NCBI GenBank assembly: GCA_934141535.1
Contig: CAKPCH010000004.1
Location: 56,755-120,754 of the forward strand
Direction of reading: 5' to 3'
Length of the DNA: 64,000 bases
Source of the DNA: an uncultured Bacilli bacterium
GTDB lineage: Bacteria > Bacillota_I > Bacilli_A > RF39 > UBA660
The position numbers and the translations under genes were made by a program. Shown here in pieces: positions 9,820-20,268 of this stretch (position 1 is the first letter of the stretch; each line of letters starts with the position of its first letter). The notes below the pieces were generated by a model, which was not told where the DNA came from, did not search any database, and saw nothing but the letters and a program-made list of their open reading frames with translations.

Positions 9820-9877
9820 TTAATAAATTTATATATTTTTATCTAATTTTATGATAAAATGTATATAGGTGATTTTT

Positions 9878-10291
9878 ATGGAACAATTAACACGTAGTGA
9901 ACTTAGAAAAAATATAATGACTATACTTTATCAAGTTAATGTTTATGAAACTAATAAAGTAGAGTATAATATAGAAGATATTATAAAAGAGGTAAATCCT
10001 ATAGATAATGAATTTGTTAAAGATATAGTATATGGAGTAATAGTTAAAAAAGATGAAATAGACAAGCTTGCTAATGAATATCTAAATAAATGGACTATAG
10101 ATAGATTAGGTAATACTGATCAAGCAATCATTAGAATGGCTATTTATGAATTATTATATACTAATACTCCACCTATTGTAGTAATTAATGAAGCAGTTGA
10201 ACTTGCTAAAAATTATAGTGATGATGAAGTTAAAAATATGATTAATGGAGTACTAGATAAAATATATAAGGAAAGAGTAACTCATGAATAA
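9878..10291 (+). CDS. nusB: Transcription antitermination factor NusB
   Basis: Size and conserved NusB layout; sits in the canonical nusB-xseA-xseB order; RBS aggtga. Confidence 0.8.
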   Translation: MEQLTRSELRKNIMTILYQVNVYETNKVEYNIEDIIKEVNPIDNEFVKDIVYGVIVKKDEIDKLANEYLNKWTIDRLGNTDQAIIRMAIYELLYTNTPPIVVINEAVELAKNYSDDEVKNMINGVLDKIYKERVTHE

Positions 10292-11564
10292 TAAGTATTT
10301 AAGTATAAGTGCTATAAATAGATACTTAAAAGCAAAATTTGATAGTGATGATAATTTAAGAGTAGTATATTTGAAGGGTGAAATATCTAATATAAAGTTT
10401 CATTCTACTGGACATATATACTTTTCTTTAAAAGATGAAACAAGTAAAATAAATGCTATTATGTTCTCTAGTAGTGCTAAAAAATTATTATTTAAGCCAA
10501 CTGATGGATCTAAAGTACTTGTAACTGGTAGAATTAGTGTATATGAAGCATCTGGTGGTTATCAAATTTATGTTGATGAGATGCTAGAAGATGGTATTGG
10601 TAATTTATATATAGCATTTGAAAAATTAAAACAAGATTTAGCAAAAGAAGGATTATTTGATGCAGCTCATAAAAAACCAATACCTAAAATACCTAGTAGA
10701 ATAGGTGTAGTAACTGCACCTACAGGAGCAGCTATAAAAGATATATTATCTACTATTAAAAGAAGATTTCCTATAACAGAAGTTATACTTTTTCCATCTC
10801 TTGTACAAGGAGAAGCAGCAGCACCCGATATAGTAAAGAATATTAAGCTTGCTCAAAACTATGATTTAGATGTTTTAATAGTTGGTAGAGGTGGAGGATC
10901 AATAGAAGATCTTTGGCCTTTTAATGAAGAGATAGTAGCGCGTGCTATTTACGAATGTAAAATACCTGTTATAAGTGCTGTAGGACATGAAATAGACTTT
11001 ACAATAGCAGATTATGTAGCAGATATGCGAGCACCCACTCCAACAGGAGCAGCAGAAATGGCAGTTCCAAATATGAGTGATATTATTAATTATATAAATA
11101 ACTTACAAATAAGATTAAATGAAGCTATAAATAAAAAAATTAATTATCAAAAATTATATTTAGATTCAATTAAAAACTCATATGCAATTAAAAACCCATT
11201 AATAATGTATGAAAATAAAAAACAAGCACTTGATATATTAATAGATAAATTAAATAAAGTACTAGTAAAAAACTATGAGAGTGCTAAACATAAATTTGAG
11301 TTATTAAAGAATAATTATATTCTAAATAATCCAAATATTCTTTATAAAGAAAAAATTGTAAAATTAAATAACTTAATAGAAAAGTTAGAACTAGTAAATC
11401 CACTTGGAATTTTAAAAAGAGGATACTCTTTAACATATAAAGATGATAAAATAATTAGTAATATTAAAGATATAAAGGTTAATTCAAAATTAACAGTAAA
11501 ATTATATAATGGAGATATATTTGTTACTGTAAATGAAGTAAAGGAGAATAGTAATGGCAAATAA
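10284..11564 (+). CDS. xseA: Exodeoxyribonuclease VII large subunit
   Basis: N-terminal OB-fold region (VWVKGEISN-like YLKGEISNIK) and catalytic core; 426 aa; followed by xseB. Confidence 0.85.
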   Translation: MNNKYLSISAINRYLKAKFDSDDNLRVVYLKGEISNIKFHSTGHIYFSLKDETSKINAIMFSSSAKKLLFKPTDGSKVLVTGRISVYEASGGYQIYVDEMLEDGIGNLYIAFEKLKQDLAKEGLFDAAHKKPIPKIPSRIGVVTAPTGAAIKDILSTIKRRFPITEVILFPSLVQGEAAAPDIVKNIKLAQNYDLDVLIVGRGGGSIEDLWPFNEEIVARAIYECKIPVISAVGHEIDFTIADYVADMRAPTPTGAAEMAVPNMSDIINYINNLQIRLNEAINKKINYQKLYLDSIKNSYAIKNPLIMYENKKQALDILIDKLNKVLVKNYESAKHKFELLKNNYILNNPNILYKEKIVKLNNLIEKLELVNPLGILKRGYSLTYKDDKIISNIKDIKVNSKLTVKLYNGDIFVTVNEVKENSNGK

Positions 11565-11778
11565 AGAAAATGTGAAATTTGAAGACAAAATAAAAGAACT
11601 TGAAACAATAGTAAGTGAATTAGAATCTGGAGAAATAGACTTAGACTCTTCTATTGAAAAATATACATGTGCTATGAAACTTGTAAAAGAATGTGATGAA
11701 AAATTAAAAGAAGTAGAAGATAAAGTAAATAAAATTGTAACTAAGGATGGCTCTTTAGAAAATTTTGATGTAGAATAA
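11554..11778 (+). CDS. xseB: Exodeoxyribonuclease VII small subunit
   Basis: 74-aa helical protein (FEDKIKELETIVSELESGEIDLDSSIEKY) overlapping the xseA stop. Confidence 0.8.
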   Translation: MANKENVKFEDKIKELETIVSELESGEIDLDSSIEKYTCAMKLVKECDEKLKEVEDKVNKIVTKDGSLENFDVE

Positions 11779-11801
11779 ATACCATTTTAGGTATTTTTTT
11801 G
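11778..11801 (+). terminator. Rho-independent terminator after xseB
   Basis: aatacc-atttta-ggtatt hairpin followed by T7. Confidence 0.5.
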
Positions 11802-11862
11802 TTTACATTGAAATATTAAATGTGCTACAATTAAACTGTAAGGTATAGGAGTAAATAAAAAT

Positions 11863-13986
11863 ATGGACGAAAAGGAAATAATTATAAAAATAAATGAACT
11901 TTTTGATAAAGATTCTAAATATTATACTGAAGAAGATATAAGAAAAAAATTAAATATAAAAGGAGAAGAACAATTAATACTTTTAAATAAAACATTAGAA
12001 GTTTTAATTGAAGAAGGAATACTTTTTGAAGGAAAGAATGGCTATTATAAATTATTTTCTAAAGTAAAAGATTTTGCTTTTGGACAAATTAATATAAATA
12101 AAAATGGAACTGGATTTGTTCATACATCAGATGGATATATAATATTAATTGAAAATTGTGATCTTAATGGTGCTCTTAATAAAGATAATGTAGTAGTAAG
12201 TAATATTTATTCTAAAAGAAAAGATTATTATAGTGGTGAAATTTATAAAGTTGTTAAAAGATATAATGAGAATGTAGTATTTGAAGTTATAGGAAACGGT
12301 AAGTGTGCTAGTTTAATACCATATAATATAAATGATAATGTAAGTATAAATATTAAAAATTATGAATTAGCAGATTTAGTTGATGGAACTTTAGTTTTAG
12401 TTAAAGTAGGATGTCAAAAAATAAATGATTTCTATGAAGCTTCTATAGTAAAAACAATAGGATATAAAAATGATCCTGATATAGATATAAAACTAATTTT
12501 AGAAAAATATGATATTCCTATAACATTTAGTGAAGAAATAGAAAGTGAAGCTAAATCATTACCAAAGGAAGTTGAAGAAGATGAATTAATAAATAGAGTT
12601 GATTTAAGAAGAGAAAATGTATTTACTATTGATTGTGATAGTACAAAAGATAGAGATGATGCTGTAAGTATTAAAAAGTTAGATAATGGTAATTACTTAT
12701 TAAAAGTTTCTATCGCACATGTTAGTCACTATATAACTGAAGATACTAAATCATATGAAGAAGCACTTATTCGTTGTATGAGTCACTATCCAAGTGATTC
12801 TTGTATACCAATGCTTCATCCAATTATATCAAATGGTATTTGCTCTTTAAATCCTGGTGTAGATAGATTAACTCGTACAGTTGCTATGGAAATAAATGAA
12901 ATGGGTGAAGTAGTTAACTATGAAATATATAATTCAGTTATTAATTCTAGAATAGCTATGTCTTATAGCAAAGTAAATGAAGTATTAGATGGAAATATAA
13001 TAGATGAATATATTCCATATATAGAAGATTTAAAATTAATGGAAGAATTAAACAATATATTAAATAAAGCTCGTGAAAAAAGAAATTATATTAATTTTAA
13101 TACATTAGAAATAGAAGCACACAAAGACTCTTATGGAGAAATAATTTCATTTACTAATAATAATTATAAAACTGCAGGTCAAATAATTGAAAATTTTATG
13201 TTGCTAGCAAACACTACAGTTTATAATCACTATTCTTGGTTTATATTACCTTATAGAGTACATGAAGCACCAAGTGATGAAAAGGTTAAAGATGTAATAA
13301 AAGTATTAAAATCATCTAATATAAATATACCTAAGATTAATAATATATCTGCTAGATCATTAAAAACTATAATAGAAAGATTAGACAATACTGAAGTAGC
13401 TTTAATAGTAAGAGAATATTTATTAAAATCTATGCAAAAAGCTACATATGATACAAATAATAAAGGTCATTTCGCACTTCAATATGATATATATGGACAT
13501 TTTACATCTCCAATAAGAAGATTACCTGATTTATTAATGCATATGATAATAGATAAAATAGAAAGTTTTGATTATTCAGAAAACTCACTAAATAATTTTG
13601 AAGCATTTTTAAATGATACTTGTAAAAGAGTTAATAAAATAGAAAAAATAGATAGAATTATAGAAGAAGAAACATTAGAGATGTTAATGGCTAAATATAT
13701 GGAACATCATATTGGTGAAGAGTTTAGTGCATATATCACAGATATAGGTAAAAATTCAATGTTTGTAAGAACAACTAATTTAATAAAAGGAAAAATTAAA
13801 TTAAGCAATATATATGACGATAATTATTATTATGATGATAATAAAAAAGCTATAGTAGGAAGAAAAACAAAGAAAAAATATCAAATAGGAAACAAAGTAG
13901 TAGTGCTTGTTAAAGATGCTTGTACTTCTACTAGAACAGTAAATTTTGAAATACCAAATGAAAAAGTTTTAACTAAAAAAAAATGA
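11863..13986 (+). CDS. rnr: RNB-family 3'-5' exoribonuclease (RNase R/RNase II family)
   Basis: RNB motifs DCDSTKDRDDAVS and HFALQYDIYGHFTSPIRRLPDLLMH, and a C-terminal S1-like segment; 707 aa. Confidence 0.8.
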   Translation: MDEKEIIIKINELFDKDSKYYTEEDIRKKLNIKGEEQLILLNKTLEVLIEEGILFEGKNGYYKLFSKVKDFAFGQININKNGTGFVHTSDGYIILIENCDLNGALNKDNVVVSNIYSKRKDYYSGEIYKVVKRYNENVVFEVIGNGKCASLIPYNINDNVSINIKNYELADLVDGTLVLVKVGCQKINDFYEASIVKTIGYKNDPDIDIKLILEKYDIPITFSEEIESEAKSLPKEVEEDELINRVDLRRENVFTIDCDSTKDRDDAVSIKKLDNGNYLLKVSIAHVSHYITEDTKSYEEALIRCMSHYPSDSCIPMLHPIISNGICSLNPGVDRLTRTVAMEINEMGEVVNYEIYNSVINSRIAMSYSKVNEVLDGNIIDEYIPYIEDLKLMEELNNILNKAREKRNYINFNTLEIEAHKDSYGEIISFTNNNYKTAGQIIENFMLLANTTVYNHYSWFILPYRVHEAPSDEKVKDVIKVLKSSNINIPKINNISARSLKTIIERLDNTEVALIVREYLLKSMQKATYDTNNKGHFALQYDIYGHFTSPIRRLPDLLMHMIIDKIESFDYSENSLNNFEAFLNDTCKRVNKIEKIDRIIEEETLEMLMAKYMEHHIGEEFSAYITDIGKNSMFVRTTNLIKGKIKLSNIYDDNYYYDDNKKAIVGRKTKKKYQIGNKVVVLVKDACTSTRTVNFEIPNEKVLTKKK

Positions 13987-14043
13987 AAACTTGACTTAAA
14001 TATTAGAAATGTGCTATAGTTATTATAGCAAGGGAGGATAATT

Positions 14044-14430
14044 ATGACATTTTATGAATTAACAAAACAAGGGAAAATAAATTTATATTCAGCAAACATT
14101 AAAAAAGCGCAAGAAGAAGGAAATCAACAAGCTATAGATTTAAATATGAAAGCTTTAAATGACATTGAATCAGATACTTTAAAATCTGTTTTATCAGAAA
14201 TAGAACAACTTTGCTATTGTGCTGAAAATGATAAAAAGCTTTTAGATTTACCTTTATATCAACATTATTTTACACTTCTTACTAATGGACAACAAATATA
14301 TAATGATGTAATGAATAATAAATATAGAAATAAACCTGAAGAATTAAAACAAGTTTTATGCTATGCAGCAGGTTTAACTGGCAACTTAGAAGAAATACTT
14401 GGTAATGAAGAAACTAAAAAAGTAAGATAA
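14044..14430 (+). CDS. Hypothetical protein
   Basis: ORF of 128 aa with an RBS gggagg; no recognisable motif. Confidence 0.4.
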   Translation: MTFYELTKQGKINLYSANIKKAQEEGNQQAIDLNMKALNDIESDTLKSVLSEIEQLCYCAENDKKLLDLPLYQHYFTLLTNGQQIYNDVMNNKYRNKPEELKQVLCYAAGLTGNLEEILGNEETKKVR

Positions 14431-14437
14431 GAACATT

Positions 14438-14462
14438 AGAGATATTATTTATCTCTTTTTTT
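14438..14462 (+). terminator. Rho-independent terminator
   Basis: agagata-ttatt-tatctct hairpin plus T6. Confidence 0.55.
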
Positions 14463-14550
14463 ATACAAAAATTTGGTATTTTTTTCATTTTATAATTTAT
14501 AACAAATAAAACATAATATAAATGTAGTCTATATTAAGGAGTTGTTTTTC

Positions 14551-15540
14551 ATGTTTTTTAAAAATTTTAAAAGACTAACTCTTTATATTCTTCTATCTAT
14601 ATTTATTATTCCATTAAATATACTTGCTTATTCGGATTACATAATCGCATCTGGTGAATCAGTTGGTATTAGACTTAATACAAACGGTGTATTAGTAGTT
14701 GGTTCATATGAAATAAAAGGGCATAATACACTTGTAGAATCTGGTTTAAAACAGGGAGATATAATTTATCAAATAAATAATCAAAAAGTCTCTACTGTAG
14801 AAGAAATGGTAAATACAATAGACTCATGTAATTGTGATAAAATAAATATAGACTACATACATGAATCTAAAAAAAGTAAAACAACATTAAATATGTACGA
14901 AGATGGTGGTACATTAAAAACTGGATTATATGTAAAAGATGCCATATCAGGTGTTGGGACACTTACATTTATAGATCCAAATACAAAGAAATTTGGTGTA
15001 TTAGGTCATGAAATTACTAATGTTAATACTGGCGAAATTATAGATATAAAATCAGGTACTATATTTGATTCAGATGTAACTGGTATTACAAGAAGTGAGA
15101 ATGGAAATCCTGGTGAAAAGAATGCCATTTTATATAGTGATAAAAAGACCGGCGATATAAAAGAAAATACGTCTAAAGGTATATTTGGTGATTATACTGA
15201 AGAGATAATTGCTGATAAACTATATAAAGTAGCAAATATAGATGATATTAAAATCGGCGATGCCACAATCCTCACTGTAATAGATGGTCGAGAAGTTGGA
15301 GAGTTTAAGATTAAAATATTATCAGTAAAAAATACAAAAGATAAACTTAAAAATATAGAATTTGAAATAACAGATAAAACTCTTTTAGAAAAAACTAATG
15401 GAGTAGTACAAGGAATGAGTGGTTCACCAATAATACAAAAAGATAATATAGTGGGTGCAGTGACACATGTTGTTGTTGAAAATCCACATAAAGGATATGG
15501 AATATTAATTACTAATATGTTAGAAGAAGCAGAAAACTAG
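14551..15540 (+). CDS. spoIVB: Stage IV sporulation protein B (SpoIVB, S55 serine peptidase with PDZ domain)
   Basis: PDZ region (GLKQGDIIYQINNQKV), GVGTLTFIDP, VLGHEI and the catalytic-serine context VVQGMSGSPIIQ. Start at the ATG after the aaggag RBS; the ORF track begins at an upstream TTG. Confidence 0.8.
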   Translation: MFFKNFKRLTLYILLSIFIIPLNILAYSDYIIASGESVGIRLNTNGVLVVGSYEIKGHNTLVESGLKQGDIIYQINNQKVSTVEEMVNTIDSCNCDKINIDYIHESKKSKTTLNMYEDGGTLKTGLYVKDAISGVGTLTFIDPNTKKFGVLGHEITNVNTGEIIDIKSGTIFDSDVTGITRSENGNPGEKNAILYSDKKTGDIKENTSKGIFGDYTEEIIADKLYKVANIDDIKIGDATILTVIDGREVGEFKIKILSVKNTKDKLKNIEFEITDKTLLEKTNGVVQGMSGSPIIQKDNIVGAVTHVVVENPHKGYGILITNMLEEAEN

Positions 15541-15560
15541 ATTAATTTCTAGTTTTTTAA
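15534..15560 (+). terminator. Putative terminator after spoIVB
   Basis: ctaga-N6-tctag hairpin plus T6. Confidence 0.4.
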
Positions 15561-15603
15561 TTTACACATACCATTAATAATGCTATACTAAATATGTGAT
15601 ATT

Positions 15604-16410
15604 ATGAAAAAAGAATTTAAAAAAATATATATAGAAATAACTAATAATTGTAATTTAAATTGTGATTTTTGTATAAAAAACAAAAGAAAAAATAAATTTA
15701 TTGATATAGAAGAATTTAAAATTTTATTAAAAAAACTAGAACCATATACTGATTATTTATATTTTCACGTGTTAGGAGAACCATTACTTCATCCAAAAAT
15801 AAATGAACTTATAAATATAGCTTCTATTAATTTTAAGATAAATATAACAACTAATGGTTATTTAATAAATAGAATAAAAGATAATAAAAATATAAGACAA
15901 TTAAATATATCTCTTCATAGTTTTAATGATAAATATAAAATAGATTTAATTAAATATTTAGATAATATATTTGATACAATAGATCTACTTATAAAAAATA
16001 AAACTTATATATCTTTAAGATTATGGGTTAAAAATAAATATAATAACGATATTATAACTTATATTAATAAACGTTATAATATAAATATAACAAATTTAGA
16101 TAATTATAAAATAAATGACTATATATTTATTAATAATTTTCATGAATTTATATGGCCTGATTTAAATAATAATACTTATGAAAATATAGGTACTTGTTAT
16201 GCTTTAAAAGATCATATTGGTATATTAGTTGATGGTACTATAATACCCTGTTGCCTAGATACACTAGGAATAATTAATTTAGGTAATATATATAACGATG
16301 ACTTAGATAGTATATTAAAAAGTGATAAAGTTAAAAATATGTTAAAAAATTTTAAAAATAATAAAAAATGTGAAGAGTTATGTAAACATTGTAAATTTAT
16401 AGAAAAATAA
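15604..16410 (+). CDS. Radical SAM protein with a Cys-rich C-terminal (twitch/SPASM-like) region, function unknown
   Basis: CNLNCDFC (Cx3Cx2C) at residues 16-23; C-terminal GTCYAL ... PCCLD ... CEELCKHC. Confidence 0.65.
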   Translation: MKKEFKKIYIEITNNCNLNCDFCIKNKRKNKFIDIEEFKILLKKLEPYTDYLYFHVLGEPLLHPKINELINIASINFKINITTNGYLINRIKDNKNIRQLNISLHSFNDKYKIDLIKYLDNIFDTIDLLIKNKTYISLRLWVKNKYNNDIITYINKRYNINITNLDNYKINDYIFINNFHEFIWPDLNNNTYENIGTCYALKDHIGILVDGTIIPCCLDTLGIINLGNIYNDDLDSILKSDKVKNMLKNFKNNKKCEELCKHCKFIEK

Positions 16411-16436
16411 AAGTAGGGGAATTCCTACTTTTTATA
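16408..16436. terminator. Bidirectional terminator between the radical SAM gene and the convergent CDF transporter
   Basis: agtagg-ggaatt-cctact hairpin flanked by A-run and T-run. Confidence 0.55.
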
Positions 16437-17294
16437 TGGATTAACGTGTATCATACAATGTTTAATATTTTTATCATAATTTTCTAATGCATCATGCACA
16501 TTATGAGAAATTAAATGAGCTTCTTTTAATGACTTATCTTCATCTACACCAATTTCTAAATCTAGATAAATCATATTACCAAATAACCTAGACTTAATAA
16601 TATCTATAGAATCTACACCATCTATAGATTCAATAACACTTTTATATTTATCAATTAATTTTTCATCACATGATTTGTCAACCATCTTATTAATAGAATC
16701 AATAAAAATATCAATAGATACCTTTAATATAAATAAACAAATTATAAGGCTTGCTACTGCATCTAAGATACCAATACCGTATATAGCGCCCACTACTCCA
16801 ATTAAAGATCCTATACTTGACATAGCATCACTTCTATGATGCCAGGCATCTGCCATTAAAGCATTAGAATTAATTTTTAATGCATACTTTCTTGTATACC
16901 AATACATAGCTTCTTTAACCAATATAGAAATAATTGCCATTATGAGTGCGAAAAGAGTTGGAGTAGTAATAGATTCAGGATTAAATATAGATTTAATTCC
17001 TTTATAACCAACTAAAATACCTGTAAAAAATAAAAGGCTTGCAAGAATAATAGAAGCAACACATTCCATTCTCTCATGACCATATTGATGTGAAGCATCA
17101 GAAGATTTATTAGAAACCTTAATACCAATCATAACAATAATTGTACTTAAGACATCACTTAATGTGTGAATAGAATCACTTAACATAGCTTGAGACTTAC
17201 CAATAATACCTGCTAAAAACTTAAATAAAGATAATATAGAGTTCAAAATAATAGTATTAATTGAAACTTTATATGCAATAGATTTAGTATTCAT
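16425..17294 (-). CDS. Cation diffusion facilitator (CDF) family metal efflux transporter
   Basis: Six TM segments with the MLSDSIHTLSDV signature and ADAWHHRSD. Start at MNTKS after the aggagg RBS. Confidence 0.8.
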   Translation of the reverse strand: MNTKSIAYKVSINTIILNSILSLFKFLAGIIGKSQAMLSDSIHTLSDVLSTIIVMIGIKVSNKSSDASHQYGHERMECVASIILASLLFFTGILVGYKGIKSIFNPESITTPTLFALIMAIISILVKEAMYWYTRKYALKINSNALMADAWHHRSDAMSSIGSLIGVVGAIYGIGILDAVASLIICLFILKVSIDIFIDSINKMVDKSCDEKLIDKYKSVIESIDGVDSIDIIKSRLFGNMIYLDLEIGVDEDKSLKEAHLISHNVHDALENYDKNIKHCMIHVNPYKK

Positions 17295-17385
17295 AACTCC
17301 TCCTAGTAAATACATAAATTATAGTTTATTTTTTATTAATTGTCAACATTAATATTATATGTTATAATTACTTTGGAGGTTACAT

Positions 17386-17781
17386 ATGATAAAAGAATTT
17401 AAAAAATTTATATCTAGAGGCAATGTAATAGATTTAGCAGTTGGTGTAGTTGTTGGAGGTGCTTTTAGTAAAATAGTTACTTCATTAGTAGATAATATAA
17501 TAATGCCTATAGTAGGAATAATTATAGGAGGAATAGACTTTACTAATTTAAACTTAAAAATTTGGGGAGTTACAATACAATATGGAATATTTATACAAAA
17601 TGTAGTAGATTTTCTTATAGTAGCATTCTGTATATTTATAACAATAAAAGCATTTAATAAAATTACACATAAGGAAGAGAAAAAAGAAGAAAAGCCTAAA
17701 AAAAGTGATGAAATAATTCTTTTAGAAGAAATAAGAGATTTATTAAAAGAGAATAATAAAAAATCAACTAAAAATAAATAG
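17386..17781 (+). CDS. mscL: Large-conductance mechanosensitive channel
   Basis: MIKEFKKFISRGNVIDLAVGVVVGGAF: the canonical MscL N-terminus. Confidence 0.9.
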   Translation: MIKEFKKFISRGNVIDLAVGVVVGGAFSKIVTSLVDNIIMPIVGIIIGGIDFTNLNLKIWGVTIQYGIFIQNVVDFLIVAFCIFITIKAFNKITHKEEKKEEKPKKSDEIILLEEIRDLLKENNKKSTKNK

Positions 17782-17962
17782 TTGATCTTTTATTATGCAA
17801 AAATTGCTAAAATAGTTGATAATACCATAGCAAGTATTAATACTATTATAATAGCCTTTTGAACTTTACTACTCATAATATCACCCAATTAATATTATAA
17901 TACATTTTTATAGTTTTTGGAATAAATTTATATTTAGTTAATAGTATTAATTAGGTGATACA

Positions 17963-18592
17963 ATGAAAAAAGTAATGGACAAACTATTAAATACAATAAA
18001 ATTTGATAAAAAGTATGTTTTATTTTCTATTATAATAGTAGTACTTGGTATAATTACAGGATCTCTTTTTATAGTAATATTAAATAAAACAGATAAAACA
18101 CTTGTAATAGAATATATACAAAAATTTATAGAAGATATTAAAAATAATAATTTTAATTTTATAGATACATTAAAAAATACTATTATTATAAATTATTTAT
18201 TAGTAATAATAATAACTATATTAGGATTTACTTTCTTTTTATCTTTTTCTAATATATTAATATTATTTTATAAAGCTTTTGTTATAGGATTTAGTTTATC
18301 TTCATTTATATTAACTTATAAAATAAAAGGTATATTATTAAGTATTGTATATATATTTCCACATCTAATAATAAATATATTATTAATATCTATTTTAACG
18401 GCTTATATGCTTAAATTATCACATAATATGATTAAATATATTATAAATAAAAAAGAATTAAATATGAGGACTTATTTTAATAAATATTTATATATATTAA
18501 TACTATTTATAATACTTTTTACAATAACTAGTCTATATGAATCATTTGTAGTTCCACATATATTAAAATGGTTAACTAATTTACTAATTTAG
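17963..18592 (+). CDS. spoIIM: Stage II sporulation protein M (SpoIIM)-like integral membrane protein
   Basis: About 209 aa with 5-6 TM segments, co-linear with B. subtilis SpoIIM (KAFVIGF, FPHLIINI, ESFVVPHIL versus KGVVIGF, FPQNFILIP, EGYLSPVLM). Confidence 0.55.
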   Translation: MKKVMDKLLNTIKFDKKYVLFSIIIVVLGIITGSLFIVILNKTDKTLVIEYIQKFIEDIKNNNFNFIDTLKNTIIINYLLVIIITILGFTFFLSFSNILILFYKAFVIGFSLSSFILTYKIKGILLSIVYIFPHLIINILLISILTAYMLKLSHNMIKYIINKKELNMRTYFNKYLYILILFIILFTITSLYESFVVPHILKWLTNLLI

Positions 18593-18671
18593 ACTTATTA
18601 TTTAACACTCCTTTACACTTGACAAATGTCAATAATGTGATAAAATTATAGTAGGTAGAGGAGGTTAAAAC

Positions 18672-19469
18672 ATGAAAATAAATCTATCTGACATATTACA
18701 CGAATTAGGTATATCTAAAGTAAAACTAGCTAAATTTTTAGGTGTATCAAGACAAATGATATATAATTATCTAGAATTAGATGATATTAATAAATGGCCA
18801 AAAGATAAAAAAGTATTATTATTAAACTTATTAGGCGTTAAAAATATAGAAGAAATGGAAAAAATTAAAATAGATACTGACTATATTACTGCAGTTGAAC
18901 TTAGATTAAATAGTTTGTGTGATAGCAAAAAAGAAGAAGTTAATGGAGTAGGGGGAGACTTGTTAAATGGAATAAGTCCCCAAAATCAAGAATTATTTAT
19001 TGGTATTATTGATTTAATAAAAGAATATTTAGAAGATAATGGTAAAGAAGGATTTAATATAATTAATTATTTTTATCATTATTTACAAGTTATGAATAAT
19101 ACAAAAGAATTAAAATACATTTTAGCATATGTAGCAAAAGAAACAGGTTTTGAAAAGCCAATGGAATTCGCATTTGATGAAGATGAACAATTTATATTTG
19201 AAAGTGTAATGTTCTCTGCAATGGTATTATATAGAAGTGGTAAAGCTTCTAAAACAAAATTAGCAGAATCACATAGAAGATTTGTAAATCAAATTGAACA
19301 AAAACAAGAAGATAAATTAAGTCGTACTATGGAACTTAATAATGTTAAAGTTCAAGCATTAAAAGAACTTGGTTATACTGAAATAAATGAAAACAATGCT
19401 ACAGAAGTATTTGAAAAAATAGCAGAAATTCAATCAAGAAAAACAGCTTTTAAAAAATTAGATGTATAG
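18672..19469 (+). CDS. HTH (XRE-type) domain protein, function unknown
   Basis: N-terminal LSDILHELGISKVKLAKFLGVSRQMIYNY helix-turn-helix; strong RBS gaggagg. Confidence 0.5.
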   Translation: MKINLSDILHELGISKVKLAKFLGVSRQMIYNYLELDDINKWPKDKKVLLLNLLGVKNIEEMEKIKIDTDYITAVELRLNSLCDSKKEEVNGVGGDLLNGISPQNQELFIGIIDLIKEYLEDNGKEGFNIINYFYHYLQVMNNTKELKYILAYVAKETGFEKPMEFAFDEDEQFIFESVMFSAMVLYRSGKASKTKLAESHRRFVNQIEQKQEDKLSRTMELNNVKVQALKELGYTEINENNATEVFEKIAEIQSRKTAFKKLDV

Positions 19470-20105
19470 TTTATAACATCTTATTTTTTTGTACACTTCC
19501 CCTATTCTAAATAAAATAGCAAAATAGGGGAGTATCAAAGAAAGAAATCAATATGGATAATCATACATAAATTAGTTTGCCGATTGCTTAAAATTAACAT
19601 TGTTATTAAAATTAATTTATGATATATAATAATAAATAGTAAATATTTAAAAAATATTTAAAAAATTTAAAAATAAAATTTATATATTTAAAGATTGATC
19701 AAGTAAAAATAATTAATTACATATTTATATAACAATTTATATTGTATACAAAAAATAATAAAAATATAAACTTAATTTAGATGAATAATTAACCATTAAA
19801 TTAAAATTGCTTATTGTCCTACAATATATATTATGTTAACTTGTATAAAATGATTAATATGAGACGTTATCTAGGGTCTTTAAACTCTATAAAATCTATC
19901 TCATCGCCTTGCTTATCTACGTATGTACTTTTATATACTTTATCACAATTATTTATTATATCTAGATAATATAAGAACTCATTTTATACTAAATACCCAA
20001 ATGAGAAAAGTTATTTGATTTCTAGAATATTAAATGAAATAAATAATATTAATTAAATATGTATATATGTTAGTTTTTAGTAAATAATATAACTGGGTGA
20101 TTTAA

Positions 20106-20216
20106 ATGAAAAAGAATAATAAACAATCAAAAACTAACATGAATAATAAAAATTATAATTCATCTAGTTCAAGAGAAAAAAGTTCTAAAACTGAATCTAA
20201 TTTAGATTGTAAATAA
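20106..20216 (+). CDS. Candidate 36-aa small basic Asn/Ser/Lys-rich protein
   Basis: ATG 8 nt after a gggtga RBS; followed at once by a strong hairpin terminator. Absent from the ORF track because it is short. Confidence 0.3.
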   Translation: MKKNNKQSKTNMNNKNYNSSSSREKSSKTESNLDCK

Positions 20217-20225
20217 CCCACAATA

Positions 20226-20262
20226 AAAAGAGATACTTCATATATCTCTTTTTTGTATATAC
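20226..20262. terminator. Rho-independent terminator, usable by both the small ORF and convergent zupT
   Basis: aagagata-cttcata-tatctctt hairpin plus T6. Confidence 0.55.
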
Positions 20263-20268
20263 CCTACT

